Positions 1-12,587 are shown, counted from the first letter of the stretch. The stretch is 64,000 nucleotides of DNA from Octopus sinensis (GCF_006345805.1 NC_043014.1:17732001-17796000); one strand, 5' to 3'. Notes: a model not told the origin generated them from the letters alone. Translations and numbers: made by a program.

Positions 1-399
1 CATAGCTGCCTGCTAGCAACTTTTTTTTCCATCTTCTAAGAGTAAATACCAAATCTTTTTCAACTCTTTTCACAGTTATACTGCATTCAAAATTTACTGC
101 CTTGTATATATATGTTCCTGTGTTTGTATGTATATATATGCATACACACACACCCACACACACATACATACATGTGTTTGTAGCATTCATACCTGAAACA
201 GAATATATTTTCATTACTCTTTGAAAACTATTTTCCAAAATAATTAAGTTTTTATTAACCAAAAATACTCTGACACAAGGAATTTTATGTAATTTTTCAA
301 GTACAAAATTTTTACATTCCAAATAAAAAAACTTGGCTATTATCCCAAATTATCCAAATGGTTTATAAAATTTTTCTGCCTTCTAGAAATTATTTGCAT

Positions 400-1145
400 T
401 TTTGTTTATTCAGCTGCAATCTCAAATTATTAACTGGTTTGATAACTTTAGGCATCACTTGTAAAAATCCTTAATAAATGATTTTGATTAAAATCTTTTT
501 TCCATCATCCTTAGAAGCAATTGAAAACTGATACTTATCTAGCTGTTGGCTTTAACCATGATCTGGATAAAAACCATATTTTATTCTACTTTAGGTCTCA
601 CATATAATCTAGTTTAGAAATCTAAAAGATCACCCAAAGATCATTTATGATAACCTAGTTTTAAAAACTTCACTGCATCACATTTAGAAACCAGTTCAAT
701 TTAATTATATTCAGCTAAGGACTTAAATCAAATTCTAATTTTAAAATTTTATAGTTCACCATTAAAAAGTCATTCACAAGTAAACTTTTATTCAGCTAGA
801 ACATCACGTTTGAATGTTTAAATTATTTTTTTGAATTCCTCACTCATAAACTTTTAGAAATTGTCTACAATAAATCTTTATTCGACTTGAGATGCAAATC
901 GTAATCTAAACTGAATACTTTAAATATCACACTAGCATATCCTTAACAATTAACTATTATTCAACTGGAGATCTGATACATAATTTAGCTTGAATAACTT
1001 TTATTTTAAATTGAGTGTCCAAACCAAAGAACTGTTTATTCAGCTGAAGATCTTATTTATAATCTTATTTAAAAATTCTATTCATCATATTTACAAATCA
1101 TTTACAATTTACTTTTATTCAGTTGGAGACCAAAGTCATAATCTG
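400..1145 (-). repeat. Degenerate ~80-nt tandem repeat in the GSTO 3' UTR; each unit resembles the gene's last codons plus AATAAA
   Basis: The motif GATTAT-n8-TCTYCAGCTGAATAAA recurs on the minus strand; plus-strand TTTATT hexamers lie near 1114, 1035, 1000, 877, 787, 580 and 405, with variants near 955, 707 and 535. Confidence 0.7.
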
Positions 1146-1364
1146 GGTCTCCATTGGCAAAACTTTTGATGAATGCAGCATAGTACTGGGGATTAAGTCT
1201 TGTGGCCTTCACCTCTGGCAGCAGCAACATATTCTCATTCCATTGGCATAGAAATGGGTATTCTTTGGTGATGAATTGGTCTATAGTTTGGTCTGTCACT
1301 ACTTTTGCTTTAATTTTCTCAAACCATGGCCAAAGATTGAAGTCAACCATACTGACTTGTTTTC
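1102..1364 (-). CDS. GSTO1: GST omega exon 5 (terminal), ending ...PDYDFGLQLNKSKL*
   Basis: Acceptor ttcttctcAG|GA. Encodes (G)KQVSMVDFNLWPWFEK...DPDYDFGLQLNKSKL-TAA. The N-cap 'SMVD..LWPWFE' and 'DYD.GL' are omega hallmarks. The spliced short form is about 249 aa. Confidence 0.94.
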
Positions 1365-1634
1365 CTGAGAAGAAACCAACAAATATATGAATTAGTTATA
1401 TATAATGTTTCAAATTATGGTGCAAGGCCAGCAGTTTTAGGGAAGGAGTGAAGTTGATTAAATCAACATCAGTGCTCAACTGGTATTTATTTCATCAACA
1501 CTAAAAAGATGAAAGCAAAGCAATTCTCAGCAGAATTTGAACTCAAAATATAAAAAGCTGGAAGAGATGCTGCTAAACATTTTCTAAACATGCTAACAAT
1601 TCTGTCAGTTCACTACCATAATAATAATAATAAT

Positions 1635-1906
1635 AACATGGGTGTTTCATTCAACATCCTTAAACAAACCTTATTCAGGGACCTTTTGAGCGGGATGGGT
1701 TACTCGACCAGAAGAAAATTCTAACTGGGCCCCACCTGCAAGGTCATGTGCTGTTTATCTTGATATGGGATCACCATGTCATGCACATATGGTTGTGATG
1801 CATGTACCTGGTGTATCCTTATCAGACGGGTAGTCATGATGGGTATACTGGGCTTCGTATATTTTACCCCAGTGTCACTTTGATGGCATACACTGCTCTT
1901 TCACTC

Positions 1907-1956
<50 letters not shown>

Positions 1957-2446
1957 TGATAATAATAATAATAGGGCTACAGCAAATATTCTGCTCAATA
2001 CCACAGATTTGCTTGTCAGTTGTTTGACCATAACCAGTTGAGCATGTCTCTTAGTGGCTGACAATATATGCATCTCTAATCACAAGCAGAAGTAGTGGGG
2101 GAGCATCATAGCCATGTGTTGAGAGGGATTCTTTGGGGTTTGAATAATTCGCTTCTGGAAACATGGGTGTTTCATTCAACATCCTTAAACAACCCTTATT
2201 CAGGGACCTTTTGTGTGGGATAGGTTACTCAACCAGAAGAAAATTCTAACTGGGCCCCACCTGCAAGGTCATGCGCTGTTTATCTTGATATGAGATCACC
2301 ATGTTGTGCACATATGGTTGTGATGCATGTGCCTGGTGTACCCTTATCAGACGGGTAGTCATGATGGATATACTGGGCTTCGTATATTTTACCCCTGTGT
2401 CACTTGATGGCATGCACTGCTCTCTCACTCAATAATAATAATAATA

Positions 2447-2479
<33 letters not shown>

Positions 2480-2975
2480 TGATAATAATAATAATAGGGC
2501 TACAGCAAATATTCTGCTCAATACCACAGATTTGCTTGTCAGTTGTTTGACCATAACCAGTTGAGCATGTCTCTTAGTGGCTGACAATATATGCATCTCT
2601 AATCACAAGCAGAAGTAGTGGGGGAGCATCATAGCCATGTGTTGAGAGGGATTCTTTGGGGTTTGAATAATTCGCTTCTGGAAACATGGGTGTTTCATTC
2701 AACATCCTTAAACAACCCTTATTCAGGGACCTTTTGTGTGGGATAGGTTACTCAACCAGAAGAAAATTCTAACTGGGCCCCACCTGCAAGGTCATGCGCT
2801 GTTTATCTTGATATGAGATCACCATGTTGTGCACATATGGTTGTGATGCATGTGCCTGGTGTACCCTTATCAGACGGGTAGTCATGATGGATATACTGGG
2901 CTTCGTATATTTTACCCCTGTGTCACTTTGATGGCATGCACTGCTCTCTCACTCAATAATAATAATAATAATAAT
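1635..2975 (+). repeat. Tandem array (partial + two longer copies, ~523-bp period) of an unclassified (AAT)n-tailed SINE-like element
   Basis: Near-identical blocks 'aacatgggtgtttcattcaacatcc...ctgctctctcactc(aat)n' start at about 1635, 2160 and 2683. The same family occurs at 60958-61510, 62330-62885 and 63035-63450. Confidence 0.85.
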
Positions 2976-3014
2976 ATTAATAACAAGCACGTAAAAAGCA
3001 CTCACTACACTCTC

Positions 3015-3175
3015 AGAGTGGTTGGCATTAGGAAGGGCATCCAGCTGTAGAAACTCTGCCAAATCAAGATTGGAGACTGGTGCAACCATCTGGTTCGCCA
3101 GCCCTCAGTCAAAATCGTCCAACCCATACCAGCATGGAAAGCGGACGTTAAACGATGATGATGATGATGAATAAT
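3015..3175 (+). mobile_element. 3' portion of a (GAT)n-tailed SINE/RTE-type retroposon
   Basis: 'gtggttggcattaggaagggcatccagctgtagaaactctgcc...gaaagcggacgttaaacgatgatgatg'. A longer copy is at 16090-16525. Confidence 0.65.
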
Positions 3176-3184
3176 GATAATCTT

Positions 3185-4222
3185 TTGTACTATATGCACA
3201 AGGCCTGAAACATTGGGGGAGGAGGCTAAGTTGATTACATTGACCTTAGTGCTTAACTAGTACTTATTTTACCAACTCTGAAAGGCAAAGCTGGCCACAG
3301 CAGAATGTAAAGCTGAAAGAAATGCCATGAAGTATTTTAGCTTGCCTCCTTACATTTAATAATAATAATAATAATTGTTTGTAACAGAGACATAAGTTTT
3401 GCAATTTTGGAGGAGAGGTGGGATTGGCTGATTAAATTGATCCAGATTTTGATGGGTTCTTTATTTTATCAGCCTTGGAAGGAGGAGAAGCAAAATTGAA
3501 CTCAGAGTGTAAAGTACCAGAACAAATATTGCGAAGATTTTTTTCTGAGGTTTATGCACAAGGCCAGTAGTTTTGAAGGGAGGAGAGCTAGACAGTACCA
3601 TCAACTACAGTACTTGACTGATAATTGACTCTAGAGGGATAAAAGGCAGAGCTGACCTTGAAGGATTTGAACTGGGAAATGTAGAGAGTCAGATGAAATA
3701 CTACAAGGTATTCTTGTCCAGTACTTTAATGACTCTGCAATTCCACCATCCTTTGTAACAGCTCTTTCTATTATAAGCACAAGGCCTGAAATTTTGGAGG
3801 AGGTGGCTCATTAATTACATCAACCCCAGAACCCAACTGGTACTCATTTCATTGACCCCAAAAGGATGAAAAGTTAAGTCGAGCTCAGTGGGATTTGAAC
3901 TCAGAATATAAAGACTGACAAAATACTGCTAAACATTTCGTCTAGCAAGCCAATGATTCTGCCAGCTCACCGCTTTACCATCCTCTTATAATAACAATAA
4001 TAATAGTGGTATAATTTAGGTATAGGGCCAGCAATTTTGAGGAGAAGGTTAGTCAACACCATCACCTCCAATACTTGATTGATACTTTAGTTTAGTGACC
4101 TAAGATGAATGAAAGCAAAGTTGACCTCAGCAGGATTTGAACCCAGAATATAAAGACTTAGAACAATTGTTGCAAGGTAGTTTTGTCTGATTCTCTTATG
4201 ACTCTAATAGTCCACTAACCTA

Positions 4223-4257
<35 letters not shown>

Positions 4258-5410
4258 TAATAATAATAATAATAATAATAATAATCCCTACTATGGGCAC
4301 AAGGCCTGAAACTTTGGGGTTAGGGGGCTAGTGACTTACATCGACCCCAGTGCATGACTGATACTTATTTCATTGACCACGAAAGGATGAAAGGCAAAGT
4401 CAATCTTGGTGGAATTTGAACTTAGAACATATAGACAAATGAAATGATAATTTCGAGCATTTTGCCAGCTTGTTGCCTTAATAATGATAATAATAATAAT
4501 AATAAGAAGAAGAAGAAGAATTCTTTCTACTATAGGCACAAGGCCTAAAATTTTGAGGGAGGGGGCCAGTCGATTAGATTGACTCCAGTATGCAACTGGT
4601 ACTTAATTTATTGATCTTGAGAGGAGGAAAAGCAAAGTTGACCTTGGCGGAATTTGAACTCAGAACGTAGCAACAGGCAAAATGCCGCTAAGCATTTTGC
4701 CTGGCATGCTAACAGTTCTACCAGCTTGTTAACTTAGTAATAATAATAACGATAATCCTTTCTACAATAGGCACAGGGCCTGAAATTTGGAGGGAGGGGG
4801 CTAGTGGATTATATCGACCCCAGTGTATGACTGGTACTTAATTTATTGAACCCCAAAAGGATGAAAGGTAAAGTCAATCTCAGTGGAATTTGAACTTAGA
4901 AGGTAGTGATGGGCGAAATGCACCTAATTATTTTGCCTGGTGTGCTAACAATTTTGTCAGCTTGCCACCTTAATAATAATAATAATAATAATAATAACAA
5001 TAACAAGAGCACTCAGAGAGTGCAAACCTCCACCAAGGCCACACCAATGTCCTCTCAATGATTAGCCGAAGATGATATTTAAAACGAGAATATCTGAAAT
5101 AAAATTGACCGCTCTCACAAACGAGAATAATAAAAATGAACCCGACTGCTCTCAAAAATTAAGTAAAAAACCCCAGGAAAGTAACCCAGAATCCGTATCT
5201 GGTACTGGATCAATCCCAAAATCTAACCAGTTCGTGCAAGTTATGAGGCCAAACATCCCTGAAAGTTTAATTCAAATCCATCCAGCAATTCTTGAGATAT
5301 CTTGTCCATGGACTAACAAACAAACAATTACAACTGTAAACAATACCTCTGCCTTCCCTAAGGCAGAAGTAATAATAATTCTTTCTACTATAGGCACAAA
5401 GCTCAAAATT
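3185..5410 (-). mobile_element. Cluster of about eight decayed tRNA-derived SINE copies separated by (AAT)n in GSTO intron 4
   Basis: Repeated 'gaaaggcaaagtcgacc..ggaatttgaactcagaac' (antisense B-box GTTCAAATTCC) units, all in the same orientation. Confidence 0.75.
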
Positions 5411-5500
5411 ATATGGAAATACTATACCATTTGAGCTTAAGTAAGATATCCTATGCCATCTTCATCAACACCACCTTGCTATTCCAAAAATAATCCTTAC

Positions 5501-5633
5501 CGCCAAAGAAGGGTCCACCACGTTGTTTGAGTTCCTCTTCAAAATAACGAAGCTGGATTACCATCTTATTTATCAAAGTATCGGTTTCATCACCTTTGTG
5601 TCTTCCAGCTACCTTCCTAAAGATTTTTAATAG
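5501..5633 (-). CDS. GSTO1: GST omega exon 4
   Basis: Acceptor ttgcAG|CTA (phase 0) and donor GGC G|GTAAGG (phase 1). Encodes LLKIFRKVAGRHKGDETDTLINKMVIQLRYFEEELKQRGGPFFG(G). Phases match exons 3 and 5. Confidence 0.88.
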
Positions 5634-6054
5634 CTGCAATGTTGAATAGTAATGAGATGTAGGCATGGAAAAAGTGGAAAGAGAGGATTTAGTGCAAAAT
5701 TTTGGACATTCAGCTTATTTTGTCAACGGTAACTTTTGGTACTGGAAGCAAACACATTCACACATGTATGCACAAATATACACATATATAGGCAGAAAGA
5801 GTGAGAGAGGGAGAGGGGAAGATAGAGAGAGAGAGATTAAGACAAAGAGAGGGAGAGAGAGAATGAAAGACACATAAAGACAAAAAAATCATTATAATGT
5901 CTGATGTCAGGTAAGTGTGCATTGAATCAGCGATATCAAACAAGTGATGCCAAAACAGCAAAACCTGGATGGAGATGGTAAACAAAAGAGGACTGTAGAA
6001 GTGTTGTATGGAGGACAGAGAAATACATAACATGGAAAGAAGGTAATTTATTTA

Positions 6055-6549
6055 CTGTAAATCCTCAAGTATAATACGCAGGGGATTTTTAGGAAGCTGT
6101 ACCTCTGAAAAACCTAAACTTTGTGTATAATACACACCCCTTCTCTAACTTGAGTCAAGGAGGTCTGTATAACGTCCTTGGTTTGTAAAAATGTATACGG
6201 TAATGTTCTTTATTATTATTGTATATATAACATAATGCAAACACGTAGCTTGTTTGGGCATTTTGTTTGCAGAAAATAAAGAAATAACAGTAATAACGTT
6301 TAATAAATGTTGCTTACTGCAAGTTACGGATGATTCTTTTATGACTTCATTGCTTTCAGGCTTAACTTAAGGTATTTTCGCGCCCGGCATAACAAAATGC
6401 GTCTGAATAAACATTGCCAGACAGCAAATAGAGACTCGGACATTGCTTAGAAAATAATTTTCATTTTTAACCTCGTATATAGTATGTACTAGGGATTTTG
6501 ACCTTTAAATTTTGGGAAAAAAATGCAGATTATACTCGAGGATTTACGG
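6055..6549. mobile_element. Non-autonomous Tc1/mariner(pogo)-type MITE
   Basis: TA|CTGTAAATCCTCAAGTATAAT...ATTATACTCGAGGATTTACGG|TA: about 21-bp imperfect TIRs, TA target duplication, no ORF. Confidence 0.8.
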
Positions 6550-6748
6550 TATCTTTATTTATTTATGATTTTGCTTAGTCAGAAGAAAATGTGCAACACT
6601 TTTAGAGAGTTTTAATAATCAAAGTTAACATCAAAACACTAATTCGAAATCACCTCACAGAAATGCACATTGTAGCAGTAATTGAAATAAAAGTGTTTCA
6701 AATATGTTTGCAATGTTCTTTCTCCCACCCTCTCTCTCTTTCTTTCTT

Positions 6749-6791
<43 letters not shown>

Positions 6792-7475
6792 TACACACAC
6801 ACACTACAAAGCTTAGAGATAGGCTGCTGAAATGAAATCGCTATCTTGCTTTGTGGGGAAGGTAAAACTTGACAAACTACTTCTCCCTCTGTTGTTGGAC
6901 TACAGTGGTGTTTGTTTAAGAAAGAGAGATTATGACTGTAATAAAATAATGAAAGTAATATTTACTAAGCAAGTGAGCACTATTATACAAAGAAATAATT
7001 AGTCATAGAATATAATAATTATTAGAATTGGGAATCAAATGTGAAAATATTATCAAGGGTCTTGCAGGAAACTACCCAGAGGTTGGTCTTTCTACTAGTA
7101 TATACTATTTATTAAAACCCTACCAAAATCTTCACAAACTGTTACTCAGAGTTTCACATTACCAATCGTTGGATGGTTTTGTTTTTAAAATATTATTACA
7201 ACTACCTGACAAAAGGTAGGGGGAAACTCTGAGTAACAGCTTGTGGAGATATTTACAGCTTTAATAAATCACATATTACATACATGCATAAAACCATTTA
7301 AGAATAGAGTTTAACAACAGAAAGTAGTGGAAGGAGCTAAGGTGCTGAATTCTCTTATAATTCTTTAGTTACATTAAAACTTTATGAAACAACTTGTTTT
7401 TGAGTGATTTCCTGAAATATAAATGAGACAAGAGTCAAATATTTTAAAGTGAAGTACAAAAAGGGCTGCACTTAC

Positions 7476-7695
7476 CTTGTCCATAAGGCTGACTAACATC
7501 TGATCCTTTGCCTGACTATAAGGGTCAGTGGGAGTTAATGGTGGATTGGGAAAGATTTTCTCTAGATATTCATTGCAGATTATAGACTCGTAGATAATCT
7601 TGGAATCATGTTCAATGACAGGTACTCGACCTATAGGAGTTTTTTCGAGGAACCAATCTGGTTTGTGTTTGAGATTGATGTTCACTATCTCATGC
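7476..7695 (-). CDS. GSTO1: GST omega exon 3
   Basis: Acceptor tgtAG|G CAT and donor AAG|GTAAGT. Encodes HEIVNINLKHKPDWFLEKTPIGRVPVIEHDSKIIYESIICNEYLEKIFPNPPLTPTDPYSQAKDQMLVSLMDK, with the cis-Pro VP and YES motifs of the GST thioredoxin fold. Confidence 0.95.
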
Positions 7696-9373
7696 CTACA
7701 TTTTAAACAATAGATTACAATAAATGGTAGACATGAAAATATAACATGATTATATATATATATATTTATATCTACATGCACACAAATATGTATATACATG
7801 TACACACAGATATGTATATACACATATATATGTATGAAGCATTGTCTGATATAGATAAATGCTTTCATATTATTTTTTAAAGCCAAAACAATGCAAGTTA
7901 AAAGTAAAATCCATTCTACTATAGGCACAATCACTGAAATTATGTGGGAAGGGGTTTAATCAATTACATCAACTCCAGTGCTCAACTGGCCCTTATTTTA
8001 TCAGTTCTGAAAGGATGAAAGGTAAAGTCAACCTTGGTTGTATTTGAACAAATTACAAGAAATAACACAAGTCAATGGTTTGTATTGTTAATTTATATTT
8101 CAACTGTTCAGCATTAGAACCCTTTCTCGGGGAAATCTTGTACAGTATAGAGTAGTCAGCTCATAATACCACATCTCTGAAGATTTCCTGAAGAAAGGGT
8201 CCAAACCCCAAACTACTGAAATACAAGGTCAAAGTACAAACCATCAATCAATATGATATCTTATAACTTGTTTAAATGCTGCTACGGTTGACTTTAGCTT
8301 TAATCCTTTCAGGGTTGATAGAATAAGTACCAGTAGTGTATTGGGGGTTGTTGTAACAGATTAAAACTCCCCACCACTCAAAATTTCTGGTCATGTGCCT
8401 ACAATGCAAAGGATTATTTCTTACAACTTACATTGTTTTGACTTCAAAAAAAAATTAAAAACATTTAAATGCATATATGCATCTATGTGTGTATATAAAT
8501 ATATGTATGCATGTATGTAGGCAGAAGGAGACTGTGGTTATGAAGTTTGCATTGCAACTACACAGTTTTGGATTCAGTCCCATTACATGGAATCTCGCAC
8601 TATGTGTTAGTCAATCTAAGGTTACAATTAGAAACACTTGCTCAAGGTGGAGCATGGTGGGATTGAACATGGAAACATGGTTGCAAAATAAACTAATTAA
8701 TTACACAATCATGCAGAGATCTATATATAATCAGGCACATATTGTACCTGATTGTATATCACAGGCAGGCACAGAAGACATATGGCTTAGTGGTTAGTGT
8801 ATCCAGCTCACACTTGTAAGGTTGTGAGTTCGTTTCCTGGTGGTGATTTGTGTCCTTGAGCAAGACACTTTATTTCATGCTGTTCCACTCCACTCAGCTG
8901 GCAAAACTGAGTTGTACCTATATTTCATGCTGAATATCCATGAGAACTACATAAAGGCTATGTGTATCTGTGGAGGGTTCACCTGTTTCCATATTAATTT
9001 CATGAAATGGCTGTTCCATTGATCGGATGAACAAGAACTCTTCATTATCATAACCAACAGGGTGTCAGTTTAACACATGCACATATGGACACAAACTTAC
9101 AAATATACATCAACATGTAGTTATACACACATATACACAATTTTCCTTTTGCACTCACTATATACATTACCTAGGTATGATACACAGCCTCACTCTCTCC
9201 TTCTCTCTCTCTCTCTATCTCTCTCTCTCTCACACACACACACAGAATAAGATTCTTTATTCAATTAATATAAGATTGTTGATTTTGTTTAGGTTAATTA
9301 GGGTGTGACATTTGTAGGAGGTGAAGTAGATGGATATGGTTGAGAAAATAGTTCACCACTTCTTTCACACCAT

Positions 9374-9404
<31 letters not shown>

Positions 9405-9764
9405 ACAGAGAAAATTGAAAATGCAAATCTTAAGCAGTCAAACAGATTCCCAAACACATAAATGGAAACATTCAGTCAAAGTAGTTGAATCATATATTTA
9501 TACACACCAACATAAATCACACATGTACAGGTATGAAGATTCTCCAAGGGTATAAAGAATAAAACCAAACATACATAAAATTATAGCAGAAATATATAAA
9601 TATTTAAAAATACATATAAAATTACATAAAAATAAAGATTACATGTAAAGAGTTATGCGTGATAAATATAGGAGGTGCAAAATGAATGAGAGTTTGATAA
9701 ATATAGGAGTAAAAGCGTCAATTTTTAAAATGGCAAACCATCTCTGAATTGTCTAAGAATTGTG

Positions 9765-10150
9765 GCTGTGTGGTAAGTAGCTTGCTTATGAACCACATAT
9801 TTCTGGGTTCAGTCCTACTGTATGGCACCTTGGGCAAGTGTCTTCTACTATAGCCACGGGCCGACCAATGCCTTGTGAGTGGATTTGGTAGATGGAAATG
9901 AAAGAAGCCCATCATATATATGTATATATGTATGTGTGTGCATATATGTTTGTGTGTCTGTGTTTGTCCCCCCAACATCGTTTGACAACCAATGTTGGTG
10001 TGTTTACATCCCTGTAACTTAGCGGTTTGGCAAAAGAGACCAATAGAATAAGTACTAGGCTTACAAAGAATGAGTCATGGGGTCGATTTGCTTGACTAAA
10101 GGTGGTGCTCCAGCATGGCCACAATAAAATGACTGAAACAAGTAAAAGAG
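9765..10150 (+). mobile_element. tRNA-headed SINE, family B
   Basis: Head 'tggctgtgtggtaagtagcttgctt..gggttcagtcc' with A/B-box-like motifs, a central (TA/TG)n tract and tail 'gactgaaacaagtaaaagag'. Other copies are at 13894, 32197 and 59331. Confidence 0.75.
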
Positions 10151-10445
10151 TATATATTTATATACATTTATATTTTTTCTATATTTTTATTCGTTATACC
10201 CTTGGAGAAACTTAATACAGGTACATGCATCATTTATGTTGATGTGTATAAATATATATGATTCAACTACTTTGATTGAATGTTTTCATCTATGCATTCG
10301 GGAAACTGTTTGACTGCTTAAGATTTGCATTTTCAATTTTCTCTACTTTATATTTTTTTACATTGGCTCTCTGTAAGCACTCTGTAAATAGCCCATACAT
10401 TTTAAAACATATTTAATATTATACTCACACACACATATATATAGA

Positions 10446-10477
<32 letters not shown>

Positions 10478-10478
<1 letters not shown>

Positions 10479-11748
10479 TGGGTTGGCAAGAAAGTAATTT
10501 TGTTTTTCGCAAATAGATAGAGTTACGATATTTTTGAATGGCTTTTCTTAATGTTATGATTTTTTTTTCTTTTGACATTTGATTGTTGCTACCTTTAGCT
10601 TACTTCAGAAGCAAATTTCGCGTAATTTTGTTTACAATTGTTAGCTCAGTGTCAATTTTAAAATGGAGTAGCAAAAATGAACATTTTCACCATATTTTCC
10701 TTTTTATTTCTTTAAAGGTAAGAAAGCTGCAGAGGCTCACAAAGAGATATGTGAAGTTTATGACATTGATTGCTTAACAGAACGCACATGTCAAAAATGG
10801 TTTTAAAAAATCCGTTTTGGGGATTTTTTACTCAAAGATGACCAACTAAAGTTGATGATGGCTGAATCAAAGCCATAACTGAATCTGATCGTCATACAAC
10901 TGTGTGAGAGATTGAAGAGAGAGAGATTAAATGTATCACACACAATAATTGAAAATCACTTAAAATGTCTTGGACTTGTTAAGAAGCTCAATATTTGGGT
11001 TTCACATAAATTGAAAGATTCACTTAATACAATATATCAATATTTGTGATATACATCTCAAACACAATAAAATCGATCTTATTTTGAAATGAAACATCAC
11101 TGATGATGAAGAATGGATTGTCTACAATAACATCAATCAAAAAGGATTATGGTCCAAGCGTAATGAACGAGCACAAACCACATCGAAAGCTGAATTACAT
11201 AAAAAAGTCATGCTGTCAATTTGGTGGGATTACAAAAGTGTTGTGTATTTTGAGCTGCTTCCAAGGAACCAAACAATCAGTTCAGATGTTTAGTGTTAAC
11301 AATTAATGAAACTGGAGGAAGCAATCAAAGAAAAACGGCCAGAATTGGCAAATCATAAAGGAATTGTTTTCCACCATGGTAACACTAGAACCACACATAT
11401 CTTTGGTAACTCATGGAAAAGTATTGGAGCTTGGTTGGGAAGTGATACCACATTCACTACATAGCCCTGATCTTGCACCATCATATTACCATTAATTTCA
11501 AAGTTTACAAAATTCTTTGACTGGTAAAACTTTTAATAATGATGATGACCTGAAATCGCACTTGCTTCAATTTTTGGTTGATAAGGACCAGAAGTTCTAT
11601 GAGTGTGGTATCATGAAGTTGTCAGAAAGATGGCAAAAGAACATAAAAAAAAATGCAAAAATATATAATTGATTAAAGTTCATTCTTTGTATGAAAAGAA
11701 AATGACTTTTATTTCACACTTAAAAGCTGAAATTACTTTCCTGCCAAC

Positions 11749-11752
<4 letters not shown>
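10478..11752 (+). mobile_element. Full-length (1275 bp) inactive mariner element (DD34D type) in GSTO intron 2
   Basis: TA-flanked TIRs TTGGGTTGGCAAGAAAGTAATTT / AAATTACTTTCCTGCCAACCCAA. Frameshifted transposase with EHF.HI.LF, 'WVSHKL' (WVPHEL), 'TDDEEWI.YNN', 'KVMLSIWWDYK' and 'SPDLAPS.Y' motifs. Confidence 0.92.
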
Positions 11753-11791
<39 letters not shown>

Positions 11792-11862
11792 CACACACAC
11801 TCTCACACACATATATATATATATATATACACATATATATAGGCAAATTTATAGACACCACC

Positions 11863-12175
11863 AAAGTGACAGAGGTGCAAAGTGGTACCACCATTGCTAG
11901 AAATAAGAGTCAAAATGACTCATTAGCCACAAAAGCACTATCTCCCTACGGTCGCAGATATAGCCATATCACATAATTTCAAATTTTGATGCAGAGCATA
12001 TTAATTTTCGTCAGTGGCTAAGATGCTCAGCATCAAAATTTAAAATCGCGTGATATGGCTATATCTGTGTAGGGTGCTTTGTCTCCCTTGTCAATGTAGA
12101 AAGATAGTGTTTCTGTGGCTAACGTGTCATTTTGACTCTTATTTCTACAAGTGTCTTTGTACCCTCTGAAACTTT
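11863..12175. mobile_element. Foldback/MITE-like element with nested inverted arms
   Basis: 'tagaaataagagtcaaaatgac..tagccac..cactatct' pairs with 'agatagtg..gtggcta..gtcattttgactcttatttcta'. An inner pair 'cagatatagccatatcac..aaattttgatgc.gagcat' pairs with 'atgctcagcatcaaaattt..gtgatatggctatatctg'. Confidence 0.8.
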
Positions 12176-12274
12176 AATAACATCTATAAATATCTCTTTA
12201 GGTTTTTAAATTGCTAATAAGCCACCCACATTATTTATATCTGCCTATATATATGTAATGTATGCATGTATATG

Positions 12275-12342
<68 letters not shown>

Positions 12343-12587
12343 CATATATATATATATATGTAATTGTTAAAGAGGACAACAAACATTAAGACAAGGCAAA
12401 CATCTAAAGTCGTATACAATATTATTATTGGAAAAATTCAAAGTCATATAGCTGTTTCAGGGATATCCCTGAGTATGAGATATTACCAGTGAGTGTGTTA
12501 AATTATAAGGCACAAAAAGAAATGACTCTCCCCAGACACAGAGAGTGGATTTGGTAGACAGAAACTGAAAGAACCCTGTTGTGTATG

